A stretch of 64,000 bases of DNA from assembly GCA_964234715.1 (NCBI GenBank), contig OZ174284.1, one strand, 5' to 3'. Source of the DNA: Podarcis melisellensis (lineage: Eukaryota). This document shows, in pieces, positions 1 through 12,675 of the stretch; position 1 is the first letter of the stretch, and each line of letters begins with the position of its first letter. A program made the translations under genes and the position numbers. The notes under the pieces are model-generated. The model made no database searches. It had not been told where the DNA came from and saw only the letters and a list, made by a program, of their open reading frames with translations.

Positions 1-194
1 GACTACCTACTCATTATTTTACAACAGATTTCCTTATTCACATCTATGTTTAACTGATGCAATAGAAATTTTCAAGTAATAGTTTCCTCCTCTTCTGCCT
101 GTGTGCTGTAATGCACAACCAAAAGCATGACAAGTATCCTGATGTAAATAATACCTTTTATCTTGATACTTGTGATTAAAGAAAGTGGGGACTA

Positions 195-594
195 TAGGCA
201 GTTGAAGGGAATTGGGTATGTTTAGCCTGGAAAAGAGAAGAGAAGACTGAGAAATAATATGATAGCCATCTTCAAATATCTAAAGGGCGGTCACGTGCAA
301 GATGAAGCAAGCTTGTTTTCTGTTGCTCCTAAGGGTAGGATCCAAACCAATGGATTCAAATTTAAATAAAATCCTAACTAAATATTAGGCAGAACTTTCT
401 GATGTTAAGAGCTAGTCTACAGTAGAATGGACTATCTCAGAAGGTGGTAGACTCTCCTTCATTGGATGTTTTTAAACAGAGCTTGGGTGGTCATCTGTCA
501 AGCGATTATTTAGTTGTGATTTCTGCATGGGGGGGGGGTTAGACTAGAAGACCCTTTGGGTCCTTCCAACTCTACAGTTCTATGATTTTATGAT
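195..594 (+). mobile_element. CR1 LINE 3' fragment, degraded
   Basis: Encodes [10 protein letters not shown]-type CR1 ORF2 end; ends CCAACTCTACAGTTCTATGATTTTATGAT; homologous to 50412-51209. Confidence 0.9.
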
Positions 595-2090
595 CATCAT
601 CTGTTAATATTGGCCCTTCATAGCTCAAACAGAAACTTGAAGTGTAAAACCCCCAGATCCAAGAAAACATGTAGATTGATGGATGTTAACGAAAGAGTGA
701 AACAGCATTCCCGGGTTATCATAATGGGTGATATCTAATTATGTCTATCCAATAATGAAATTGGCATCTGCTCATTCAACAGGACTTTCCCTTCCACTCC
801 GTTCCCTATACGTCAACCTATACGTGTTTCAAAAGGTTGAGGGAGCCTCTTGGTAGAAGACAGGAAGGGGAAATCTGCTTGTGCAACATTGGATATTATC
901 CTTAGTCTTATTTTACCAGATATTAGATTCAGTGAATGAAAATGAATCACTCCCTATTAAGGCATCAGTCCCTTTAAATTGTGAGTTCTTTCAAATGCAT
1001 CTGGGAGTATTTAGGGTTAGCATATACGGTTTCAAAAGCAGCACATACTGAGTGTCCTGCTGGCACAGTTCTTTCTTTCTTAGGGGTTTAGACTGATTCC
1101 TTAGGTTAATTTCTTGCTTGAATTAGCAAGACATTAAAAGAGAGAGGTGTGCTGAATAATTAAATTAGATGATATTTTATCATCCTGAAAATGTGAATCC
1201 ATTTATATAAGCATTATGTTTGCAACACTAGTCAATTGTCTTGAGCAATGAAATAGAGGTTCTCAAACAATTGAAAAAAATGAGATTAAGAATGCACAGA
1301 AACTAAATTGCAAGTTTTTAAAATAAAAATATATATACACAAGGTCAACACTGCATGTAAGAGTATGTCATTTGAATTTCAGCTAGGCACAAAAGCATCA
1401 CATTTAGGGATGAGGAGATACCCAGTTCTTGTAGTATCTACATTAAGGTGTGAACAAAATAGCACTTGTAGCTCAAGGAATGCTGCTTTGAAGAAGAGGA
1501 TTTGTATCAAGGGTTTCTAACCTGATATACTTGGTGAAAGATGCTCTACTATGGAGTTGATTCCAATTCAAAAAATGCTTTTGAAAACGAGAGCTTTGGA
1601 CATGAGTTGAGAGGGAGAAGTGAATGAGTAGAGAGAATGACAGGAGGTGCAGAATCTGCATGCTCTCCTATGTTCCACAACATTTAAAGAGGCTGGCAAG
1701 ATTAATCCAGCATTCGTTCTATACATTCTCTGTCCTTTCTTCACTCATGCTTACAACATGTAAAAATGTCCTAGTTACATACATAACAAAAGTAGTCATA
1801 AATAATAAACAAAACATCAAAAATGCACAACCAAATTCTACATAAATCATAAGATCTAAAATACAAAAAAATATATAAATAACAGCAACAACCCCCGCAC
1901 CCCACAACAATAAGCTCTAAACAACACTCCACCCCAGTTCACAGCCTCAGCTTTTGTAGCTGGAGTCAGTCCTTCCCTTCTTCCCAGAACAGGTAGAAAA
2001 AGGCCTGAAAGGCAGGGAAAAGGTCTTCCAGGATGCACAACCACACACTGAAATGAAGTCCACTGATTTTGATAGTCTGCTCTTAGATTT

Positions 2091-2510
2091 TGGGATGTAG
2101 GAGAAATTCAGTTTTGTTCACATTTAAAGGTGAATCTACCTGATCTGCACTTCCTGAAACAATACACAAACCAAAAATAATCATCCTTCTAAATTCACAT
2201 TTCTCTGATGTTTTCAGTGCAGTTATTCAGCTTGTGTGCAAAAATGCATGTGCTAGTAAAAATGTGCATAAAAATGCATATCTCACTGAAAACAGGAGAC
2301 AAAAACGCATTATATTAGGGGAAATGCTTTGAATTGTATATATTGGCAAAATTGCATTAAAGGTGTCTGTTAAGAGAAATTTGCTCTAAAATGCTGAAAT
2401 TTTTTTCACAAGGACTTGATAAACTGATGTGCAAATGTGGAGAACTGAACTCATGTTTGGAAAAATGAAAAACCGAAATGAAAACGGACAGATTTGCCAA
2501 TTTTTAGCCA
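2091..2510. repeat. Old interspersed repeat, copy 1 (inverted relative to 5093-5510)
   Basis: AAATGTGGAGAACTGAACTCATG..GGAAAAATGAAAAACCGA is the approximate reverse complement of CTCAGTTTCTGATTTTCCCAGTCTTAAATTCGGTTCACCACATTT near 5123-5170. Confidence 0.65.
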
Positions 2511-2571
2511 GTGTCTGTAATGCCGCTCAGTATTCCATCACACTCCCATGCTGTCAATCCTTCTTCTACAC

Positions 2572-2824
2572 CAGGGGTCAGCAAACTTTTTTAGCATGGG
2601 GCCGGTCCACTGTCCCTCAGACCTTGTGGGGGGCTGGACTATATTTTTTGGGGAAAGGAAAAGAATAAATTCCTATGCCCCACAAATAACTCAGAGATGC
2701 ATTTCAAATAAAAGCACACATTCTACTCATGTAAAAACATGCTGACTCCTGGACCGTCTGTGGGCCAGATTTAGAAGGTGATTAGGCCAGATCCGGCCCC
2801 TGGGCCTTAGTTTGCCTACCCATG
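2572..2824. mobile_element. Non-autonomous hAT element (MITE)
   Basis: Imperfect TIRs CAGGGGTCAGCAAAC / GTTTGCCTACCCATG; perfect 8-bp TSD TTCTACAC (2564-2571, 2825-2832). Confidence 0.9.
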
Positions 2825-4179
2825 TTCTACACATTCTTCTACGTGTCACATATTCACGTAGAGCAGGTATCTTCAACTTTTTCAGACCCAAGAACCACTT
2901 TTAACCCATTTCTTTTAACACAGATTTGCATGGTGGTAATGCTCCTGCTGTGGCCCTCCTTGGATCAGACTGCAACCCACCAGTTGGAGATCAGTGGCAT
3001 AGAGCATTTAAACTATACATGCCTCATTGAAGATAGTTTGGTTTTTTTCCAGAACAAAAATGAAAGATGTTATAAGTTCCGGTTGATGTCAGTGTTGACT
3101 TCTCAATAGTAAACAGATTCAGAATGACTTGGGCCTGTGTTTTATTCTACAGTTTTGCATGTTGTTTTATTTGTTAGCCATTGTTTCCCATTTTGATCCT
3201 ATGGAAGAAGCGGCCCAGAAACTGTTTGAGTTAAGAATGAAAGAAAATGTAAAGAATCGTCAGAACAGAGGTTCATACGAGCCTCGGTGCGAAGCTAGAG
3301 AAAACTTGGCAATTTGCGAAGGAGTAACGCTTATTTCCACATAGTCTTGTAGCTTTTACTGAACAGTCATTTATAAGGAATAATGAAAAAGAGCCTCTTT
3401 AAAAATACATGAAGGGCAAATGTGTTTTCTTTATCAGCTTCACAAATTTGATGCACATTCTAATTTCTTTCTGTTGTACCTTGCAGGGGTCCATTGATCT
3501 TCTGGCGTGGGAGGACTGTTATGGTGGGAGTCTGTTTCCCTCAGCTAGATGACAGCATTAATTAAGTTGTGCTCTGGGAAAATGAAAATAGTGTAGAAGC
3601 ATATTTGCCTCTCTGCCAATAAACACTTCAGTGCTAAAGTACAGGACGTTTTCCACCAAAATCAATTTGATTTGGCTTTTTTTAAAAATGCCACTCATCT
3701 TTTCTCTGTCAGATATGAAGAGCAAGAGAGTGCACATTTTGTTTTGAGTTTTTCAGATTTGGTCTGTAGTTTTATTGTCCTCATTCATGCAAAAGCTTCA
3801 GTCCTCTAGCAAACTTTGAACCTCAAGGGACTTATTCACATAAATGTGGAAATCAATTGCATGAAAATCAGTTGCATTGACTTCCGAGTAAGTATGATCA
3901 GGATTAGAGTCTTAAAATGACAAATTCTACAAATCTGCTTACCTTCCGTGGTCAGCAGCATTGTGATCAGGCCACAGCCAGGCCTGGGATCTGAGAAAAT
4001 TGCCTGGGTGGATTCTAGTCTGCCCACAGATTGGCATGGGTTCAGCATGAACACTTTCCTTGTTCTCTTATAATGGCAGTGGTGCCCCACCTGAGAGGTG
4101 CCGGAACTCAGTTCTGGTGAGTTTTGGCTGAAAAAAAGAGCCCTGATTATCATCATCATCATTAGCCTAGATCGTTCTT

Positions 4180-4768
4180 CTTCTTTTTGAAATAGTACAG
4201 CAAAAACAGAACATCAACAGAAAGGAAAAATGAAATTGAGAAGGAAAAAACATTGAAAACAAACATATTTGTTGTGTAGTACTCCCCTCACCCACCCACC
4301 CGCAGCTTCCCTCCGCCACAATTCGACTTCTTTAAATCTTTATCTCCACATTTATCCCTGCATTCTCCAAATGTATCATTATTTGTACTTCTTTTATCTC
4401 TTTTCTTTTCCAATCCATACATATACTTTACATTTTTATTCTAAGCATATTAGTATATCTTTCTTAGAACAATACTTTAACATATAATCTTCAAAACATT
4501 TCCATTCCTTTTTTAATTTTTGATTTGACTGATATCTTATAATTCATGTTAGCTTTGCCAGTTCTAAATATTCATTTAATTTGCATATCCACTCCTCTTT
4601 TGAGGGCAAGATTTGAGATTTCCATTTAGAAGCAATCACTACTCTGGCTACTGTAGCTTCATATAGAAAATTCTTTTTTTCACTTGCGGTATATCTTTCA
4701 CTATCAAGCCTAGGAGATATGCCTCTGTTTTTTTAACAACTGGGATTTTCAACATTTTCTTTAATTTC
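4180..4768 (-). mobile_element. 5'-truncated L1-clade LINE
   Basis: 17-bp TSD TAGCCTAGATCGTTCTT (4163-4179, 4769-4785). Minus strand reads FLYEATVARVVIASKWKSQILPSKEEWICKLNEYLELAKLT (ORF2 C-terminus). Confidence 0.88.
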
Positions 4769-5092
4769 TAGCCTAGATCGTTCTTTGCTATGCAAACATC
4801 TCTAAGCAACTTACAACATATTTTAAAACATAAGCACCAGTAAACTACATTATAATATTAACATATTTCAAAAGCACATGCAATTAAAAATAATAAGAGA
4901 AACCCAACAGCCACAAAAAGCTTTGGCCTCACACTAACAACAAAAGCAACATTATCCTAGTCCATCAAAAGCTGTGCGGGGAAGGGTAAATTTTCAGCAC
5001 GTGCTGAAAAGATATCAGCAAAAGCACCAAGCAGGTGTCACTGGGGACAACACTGAGCAGATGAGGAATCACAAATGAAAAGACCTTCTGCA

Positions 5093-5510
5093 AGGGATGG
5101 AAGGATCTGCCAATCTTGGTTCTCTCAGTTTCTGATTTTCCCAGTCTTAAATTCGGTTCACCACATTTTGCAACAATTTTTTTTAAAAAAATCTAATGGA
5201 AATTCATCAACATTTTAGTGTGAATTTCTCCTAATAAACACGGTATATTTTAATATGCATTATTGACAAATGTACACATTTTTGTAAGCAATTTATCCCA
5301 ATGTAATGCATTTTTTGTGTTAACTCTACTAATATATTCATTTTTCAGCATGCTTTCCCTTAAGATACGAATTTTCAAAAATACATTGTTTAGTTGACTA
5401 ACTGCACAGTACAAATTTCAAAGGATAGGTTGTATTTTGGTTCACATATAGTTTTGAAAAGGGCAGGTTTGATATATGTGGCTTCAAATGAGACCTGAAT
5501 CCAGTTCCCT
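5093..5510. repeat. Old interspersed repeat, copy 2 (inverted relative to 2091-2510)
   Basis: Reverse-complement similarity to 2091-2510; its right end abuts the hAT insertion at 5515. Confidence 0.65.
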
Positions 5511-5514
5511 ACTC

Positions 5515-5879
5515 CAGGGGTGTCCAACAGGTCGATCGGGATCTGCTAGTCGATCCCCGGGAGGTTCTGGTCAATCGCGGTTGATCACGTGCTCCCTTTC
5601 TTCTGCGGTGGCAAGAATATCCAGCCCCGGCCGCTCGCCCCCTCCTCCATTTCCGCTTGGTCGCTGGAACCTAAGATGGAGCTTTCGCTGTGAGGCAGAT
5701 AGTTTTCTTAGTGATACTTTTATTAGTGACTTTTCCTCTTTACTAAATTTTGACATGTCCCCCAAAATAGAACGTTTCTCCCTAAAAAAATTGGGATTTT
5801 CCTGCCAAAAAGAGGTAGATCACTGCCAGTTTTTTATTCTGTGAGTAGATCACATTCTCTTGGGAGCTGGACATCCCTG
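5515..5879. mobile_element. Non-autonomous hAT element
   Basis: TIRs CAGGGGTGTCCA / TGGACATCCCTG; degenerate 8-bp TSD CCCTACTC / GCTTACTC; CpG-rich subterminal GATC repeats. Confidence 0.8.
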
Positions 5880-6734
5880 GCTTACTCCATTCACACCCTC
5901 TCCCTTTCTATCATCCCCTGAGCTTCCCTAGGAGAAGAGCTTGATGTGCGCATGATTCAAGATTTGCTTTAGTTGCTTTATCACCTGCCTTTTAAACCCC
6001 TCTGCATATCAGCCTTTTTGAGCTCTTAACTGAAAGATCATTTTAATTTAATCAAGCAAAGCTGACTCTTGTTGCAGCAAGAGGTGCTTGTCTTTTAAGA
6101 GTTTACTTTTCCTTCCCCGTTAAGAGTAATACGGCACAGCCAAACCGGCTTAAAATATAAACAAACATGCCTTTTAGTCTCAACCTGCTGATTAAAGTTT
6201 GCCATTACTGATCAAGTAAAACTTTAGTTAATTACTCTACCAATTAAAGGTTTCGGGATTAGTTTATTAACACCAACATGTATTAATAAATCCTTGCCAA
6301 TAAAAAAAAATTAAGGGAGCAGGGAACAATCTAATAGTGTAGGCCTGAAACATCATTCTTTATTCAAGCCCTGAATGAGAAATAAAGAGAGAGGGAGAAA
6401 ATTCCAAATGATCAGAATGATATTTATTCCAGGCCCAATACATTATGGAAGAAATCCTTCCTCAGGGGCATATTTTTAGCGGTGGTTCTCACTGGATACA
6501 TGGGATACAGTACAGCAGTCACGACAATATTCCACACATTGGGATATAGCTAGAAATGCACCTCTGAAGAAGGATTCATCTCAAAACATGTTGAGCCTGG
6601 ACCCAAGTCATATTCCAAGTACCTGGAATATTTCTCTCTATGTGTCTTACAGTAGTGACTTTTTGGTTGGTTTGCTGCCAAAGCCTTGAATAATTTCATA
6701 CTACAAGCCTCAATGATACACTTGAAATACCTCT

Positions 6735-7085
6735 ACTCGCATGCCCTCTGACATTTCTCCCATGAAAATAGGGATGTCCCATTCCATAATGATAATTTTA
6801 CTATTTATACCCATTTTACTGGGTTGCCCCAGCCACTCTAGGCACCTTCCAGCATATATAAAAACATAATAAAACATTAACCATTTAAAAAAAAAACCTT
6901 CCCTATATAGCATTGCCTTCAGATGGCTGGGGGAGTCAGATAATTACAAAGCCTCCAACATTTATCCAATGAAAATAGGGACATCCTAAGGAAAAGTGGG
7001 ATATTCCAGGATCAAATCAGAAACTGGGATGGCTTCTCTAAATCAGGGACGTCCTTGGAAAAGAGGGACACGTGGAGGGTCTGTA
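6735..7085. mobile_element. Short DNA-transposon-like repeat interrupted by a LINE-tail fragment
   Basis: ATGAAAATAGGGAT/ACA occurs on both sides of a GGGTTGCCCCAGCCACTCT..AAAACATT tail block; repeated GGGAC/GGGAT motifs end GGAGGGTCTGTA. Confidence 0.5.
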
Positions 7086-7331
7086 CTCTTCATATTGACA
7101 GCTGCTCAGATTATTTGGGCCTGAAACAGTAGAAAAGAAGACAAAGAATCATATGTGCTACTGACTTACTTTAATTTGGATACCTACTCTGAAAGATCTA
7201 TTTATTTTATTTATTTATTTGAGACTTTTATATACTAGTTTTTATCATAATAATCTTAAATCAGTTTCCACATAAGAACATCACTAAAACATCATACAAT
7301 GCAATTAAAGCATAGTGGGCAGTTTCATTCC

Positions 7332-7385
<54 letters not shown>
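7332..7385. repeat. (AAT)18 microsatellite
   Basis: Direct read. Confidence 0.98.
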
Positions 7386-7387
<2 letters not shown>

Positions 7388-8180
7388 ATACATACATATC
7401 TGGGATGATCCAGGCAAAAATAAATCAAGTTCCATCTCTCAAAAGGCTTCAGAAAATAAATGGGTCTTTGTGGGACCGTTCATGTTCCAAGGAGATGGGA
7501 TTCTATAGTAGGGTGCCACTACAGAAAAGGTTCTCTTCTGGGTCCTGCACAAGGCTGCTACAAGTGGATGTCATCCTTAGTCTAGGCAACTGTGTATGGT
7601 TTTTTGTTTTTTTAATAGCTCTGAATATTTTGAATAGCTTGGAAGGTGGTATTCACTTAGGGTCACTTTGGAAGGGCTTTACCTCGGAGATTCATGTCTG
7701 ATTCCCAATCCAAGTCTTCTGTGGAAAGTCACTAATGGCTTTCTATCAACACACAAGAAGCTAGATGCTATTTTCCCTCTTTTTATTTGACTGATATCAC
7801 TTGTGTGGAGATGAAACAGACAGAAATGTCAAAGGGTGTCTCTAATTTGTCTCTGCGTGTGAAGTGCCAAAATGGGATAAAGAAGGAGGTGAGAGCACTT
7901 CTGCAATGCTAAGCAGTTCTGTCAAAAACTTTGCTATACATTTTTTTACCTTGTCTAATTTCCAATTTGCATATAAAGTCTTTTTTGTGCATGTCTCTTC
8001 TCAGACCAAATTAGGAAAGCTAGCTGTACAGTTTCTAGTATTTACATGCAGAATAACACAGCATCCGCTATTTGTTTTCCTTTTCTGATTCCCAGCAAAC
8101 TAATGGAACAAACTGTTTCCCAATTTCTTAGTTGTGGAGAACATGCCATATTTCATCTGAACCAGCCTTTTATTCCTTAC

Positions 8181-8488
8181 AGGACGCAGGTGGTGCTGTG
8201 ATCTAAACCACTGAGCCTCCTGGGCTTGCCAATCACAAGGTTAGTGGTTCGAATCCCTGAGATGGGGTGAGCTCCTGTTGCTCTGTCCTAGCTCCTGCCA
8301 ACCTAGCAGTTTGAAAACACACCAGTGCAAGTAGATAAATATGTACCACTGTGGCGGGAAGGTGAATGGCATTTTCGTGTGCTCTGGTTTCCGTTACGGT
8401 GTTCCATTGCACCAGAATCGGTTTTGTCATGCTGGCCACATGACCTGGGAAGCTGTCTGTGGACAAACACCGGCTCCCTCCCGACCAA
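8181..8488 (+). mobile_element. Sauria SINE (3' truncated)
   Basis: GGACGCAGGTGGTGCTGTG..GGTTCGAATCCC (pol III B box)..GCTCCTGCCAACCTAGCAGTTTGAAA..GTGCAAGTAGATAAAT. Confidence 0.9.
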
Positions 8489-8787
8489 CGTGAGGATTGA
8501 CTTGGGTGTCCACTCAGGAATCCACAGATTGCTGGATTCCCTAAATAATGTATGGATTTCGTACGAGGTGGTCTGAGAGCAGGTAGCCAGCCAACGTGTT
8601 AGAAAATAATGAGATAAGAGAAAGAAGACCATCACTGGAAACTGTCTTAAGATCTCAAGAACTCTAACTGCAAGACTTGCTTAACAGAATCTTAGCTGAT
8701 AGGAATCAGTTTTCACTAGGACTAGCTAGATGTGTTTAACCTGCTTTATTTCTGTATGCAAATGTTCCTTTGGGATTGTTGTGTGTG

Positions 8788-9326
8788 CAGTGCCGGATTT
8801 ATGTATAGGCTAAGTAGGCTGAAGCCTTGGGCCTCTAAATCTAGGGGGCCTCGCCAGCCCTCCTGCTGCCTAGCGGGCAGTCTCCCCTCTCCCAAAATTG
8901 CAAACCCAAGACTTCATGTGAGGGCAGGGCAACTCAGGCCTCTAAATCTAGGGGGCCTCGCCAGCCTGACCGCTCCCCAGTGCCATGGTCTCCCCTCTCC
9001 AAAAATTGTAAACCCAAGACTTCATGCAAGGGCAGGGCAATTCAGGCCCAGCAACTATTAGACTTAGGGTTAGCCAGTGGGCCCAATTTGAAGCAATGGG
9101 GTACAACTTGAATTTAAAATAACCATGGTATTTAACAATAATATCTTATGTCCTTTAGAGGAGAAATTGTAAATTGTAGAATTTTAAATACCCGTCATCA
9201 TCCTTGACGTCACTTAATTTTGTTTATAACACTCTTCCATTTTCTCCTAGTTGTGAGGGTGGGGGATGGGGAGGGGCCTCACAAGTGGAGTAGCCTAGGG
9301 CCTCTCTTCATCTAAATCCGGCCCTG
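8788..9326. mobile_element. Non-autonomous hAT-type element with internal ~107-bp tandem duplication
   Basis: TIRs CAGTGCCGGATTTA / TAAATCCGGCCCTG; 8-bp flanks TGTGTGTG on both sides; GGCCTCTAAATCTAGGGGGCCTCGCCAGCC..AAACCCAAGACTTCATG repeated at about 8830 and 8937. Confidence 0.85.
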
Positions 9327-9929
9327 TGTGTGTGCATGTGCCTTTTCAGATGGCAAGATCTTTTACCTAAGAATAATCTTCTCCTAGTAAACTTTTAAAC
9401 TTGGTTCATAAATCCTTGCCTTCTATAATACATGCCACACTTAACAGCCAAACCCTACATTCCCTAGGCAGTCCAAGGTGCTTAGGTTGTTTGGTAGAGG
9501 CAGTCAAGGAAAAATAAAGACTTTGGATTGGTGGCAGCAGGAAAGTTTGTGGGAAGGGAAGGGCAGAGTGGGGTGCTCTGATTGGCCTGATCTCCCTTCC
9601 ACACATGGGCCAGGGACCTCTGGATTGGAGCAATCACCAGGATGGTGGATATGCTAGCTCTTGAACATCCCCTCTCATAAAGTGGAGCTAAACCAGTCCC
9701 CTGGTTCTCCGGAGAGCTGGTAATAATGAAACATGTAAGACAGCAACTTGCTGGAAAACTCAGTATGAGTCTGACTGAACACATGCTGGAATACAGTATG
9801 TTTGAAGCCCTATTCTGTGGCAGTGGAGGCAGCTCTTTGGCCTCCATTGCATCAACAAGGAGCTGTCCAGCAAACCAGTGGTCAGGAGTGGTTTATACTC
9901 TGGCCCACGTGAAAATAATTTAGACCACT

Positions 9930-10345
9930 CGACAGCCCGAGTTGTAAACAATTTGCTCTGATAACCAATTTTTGGACAATGTACTGGAGCGTGTGGTGGC
10001 ATCTCAGCTCCAGAGGTTACTGGAGAAGACTGAGTATCTAGATCCATTTGGGATGCAGACAGATTTAGTCACCTTGGTGGATGATGTACACTGGAAACTG
10101 GATAGGAGAAGTGTGTCCCTGTAGGTTCTGCTGCACCTGTGAGTTGCTTTTGATACTACCAGCCATGATATCCTTCTGGGCAGCCTTGCTGGGATGGAAC
10201 TTGTAGACACAGCTTTACACTGGCTCCGTTCCTTCCTGGAGGAGTGAACCCAGAAGGTGGTGCTGGAGAACTTCTGTTTGATGCCTTTGTCATTGGCCTG
10301 TGGGGTTCCCCAGGGTTCTGTTCTGTCTTCCGTGGTAGTTAACAT
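9930..10345 (+). mobile_element. L2/CR1-group LINE reverse transcriptase fragment, degraded
   Basis: Degenerate RT motifs AFDT..H.ILL, WLRSFL and CGVPQGSVLS with stops. Confidence 0.85.
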
Positions 10346-12433
10346 TGCACAATAGAACTTCCCATTCCATTCCTCTTCCTGTGCACCTCTTGTACCCTCC
10401 CCAAATTTGACTTAGAGGGTTGAGGACAATCCAGACCAGATTGGGGAGAATGTACATGGGGAGAGGGGAGAGGGAGGGGAAGTTCTGTTGTGCAGCTGAA
10501 AATCTTTGCACTAGGAGATCTACTTTGTTGGATACCACCCATAGTTTATAACAGTTGGTTATTACACTAGAGTTTTCTCATTGCGTTCACTTACTGTCAG
10601 CATTGATTCTGCACATATGGCTCATGGTTTCATGAGGTCAACAAATAATGATATTGAGATTTTATGTCAAGGCCTTTCTCCAGATACATTCTTTATTCTA
10701 TTTACACTAGTTCCCAACAAAATTAATGGGTTTTTTGGCAGTTGTACCCTGGTTAAGGGGCTCCAAAGAGGCGCATCTGGTGCCTGTGCTACAAGTCTTT
10801 TTGGGTGCCTGACAAAAATGTTATTCCATATTCACCCAGGCACTTCAAGGTTTTAAAGTTTAATTATTTGAAGTATCTTACATGTTGCCTTACTATTATT
10901 TCTATGGGGATGGAATTGATCCTAACATCCTAAATAGAATGAAGGGTGATATATAAACATTTTAAATACCTAAATATTAGCACAGCTGCATTTCTTCAGT
11001 CACAGAGACTTTCATTTTATTAACTTTGCAGGGGATGCCTTGTCACTGTGAGCCTTACCAGTTCAAATGAGTTATTATGTAATAGCTTTTAGTAAGAAGC
11101 ATTCAGGAAGGCCTAATTCTGTCTGTATGCGGATATGGCAGGTATGGAAGAGGGAGAATGAGAGAAACAGGGGGAAAAATTGTTCCCTTTTCTTTTTCCT
11201 CATTGGCCCATTTCTTTCCTTTTTCCTTTCTAAATCATAGATGCCCATGCTTTGTATAAATAAAGAATCCCATTTCAATCTAAAGACATCACCCCAGACG
11301 TTGCATGAGCTATGTTAAGCACCCGTCAGATGGTCTTGTTCCCTGCTTTTGACAAGTGAGTTCGGAGACTTCAAATAACTTATGAAAGCTTTGAGTGGCA
11401 ATTGCTTTTATTTAGTAGGCTAAGCACCACTACTACTCTCATTAAACTGGACAGGCTTCCCAAAAAATGGATCACTGCTAAATAGGTACATTTCAAAGTT
11501 TCTGAATGTCATGAAATATTGTTTATATGAGGCTTTTGGGTTTCTGGTTTGCACAGAGGAAAGAGTGGGAAGCTCTGTCCTCGTTAATGAAGGATAAGGT
11601 TCTCTTAACTTTCCTTAAAATTGGAAATGTCAACTTGTACTGCATTGTCAGAATAAGAGGCCGGCATGCATACATTTTATGATAATTGTTACGTGGTGCC
11701 AGCCTTGCATATTTCTTTCTAGCACAGGCGTAGGAGCAGGTGAAGAAAATGCTGCCCACCTTCATGTTTGTATCTTATTTCAGTGCTCAAGATGAGGACC
11801 ATTTCATTTACTTTTGACAGGTACACAACTTGGCTTGGAAAGGGAAAAGGTCTTGTAGTGAGAGGGAAAGGTTTGGCTTTTCTGCACTTGTGCTGTCTCT
11901 GGCAAACCACAGTAGCAAAAATGTTGGCAAACCTGGGAAGATCGGTCTTGTGCCAGGCCAAAGCATCCCCCCTTTTTCTTTTTTAAAAACTTCAAGGGGT
12001 GGGCCAAAAAGGGCAAGGAAGGAATTGTCGGTGTGTATTTCTTTGTACAGAAAGTATTGATCTGATGTGTAGAGATCGTTCCTATTCTGCTTAATTCAAG
12101 AAGCTTCTGGAAGTTTCTCTGTGTGAAAGAAACAAGCAGAAGGTTCATGATGTTTGGGCTATTCCTTCAGAGAAGCTGAGTACAGCTGGTTTAAACTGGT
12201 TCTGTTATCTCTTTCTGTCAAAGGTCATGCTGACTATAACAGTGAGGCCAGAAGGAGCCTGGGTTTCACACACTCTGTTTCTATCCCCCCCCCCACTTTC
12301 TGGTGTGGTGTTCTGTATGTAGGGTTAAGCTTTAGTCTTATTATAAGTTATTGTAAGTTTAAGTTAAGTTCTGCTGCAACTGGATTTCTTATGGACAGTG
12401 CCAATCCTGAATGTATTGGATTTGTGACCATTA

Positions 12434-12675
12434 CAGTGGTACCTCAGGTTAAGTACTTAATTCGTTCCAGAGGTCCGTTCTTAACCTGAAACTGTTCTTA
12501 ACCTGAAGCACCACTTTAGCTAATGGGGCCTCCTGCTGCTGCCGCGCCGCCAGAGCACGATTTCTGTTCTCATCCTGAAGCAAAGTTCTTAACCTGAAGC
12601 ACTTTTTCTGGGATAGCGGAGTCTGTAACCTGAAGCGTATGTAACCTGAAGCGTATGTAACCTGAGGTACCACTG
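12434..12675. mobile_element. Tc1/mariner (Tigger/pogo-like) MITE
   Basis: TIR CAGTGGTACCTCAGGTTA / TAACCTGAGGTACCACTG, TA on both flanks, repeated AACCTGAAG; second copy at 52450-52675. Confidence 0.92.

Noticed and set aside
7299-7701. Poly-Asn and poly-Ile ORFs
   Set aside because: Translations of the (AAT)n microsatellite.
12434-12675. Regularly recurring AACCTGAAG units as a CRISPR-like array
   Set aside because: Eukaryotic context; units are short internal repeats of a mariner MITE present twice in the window.
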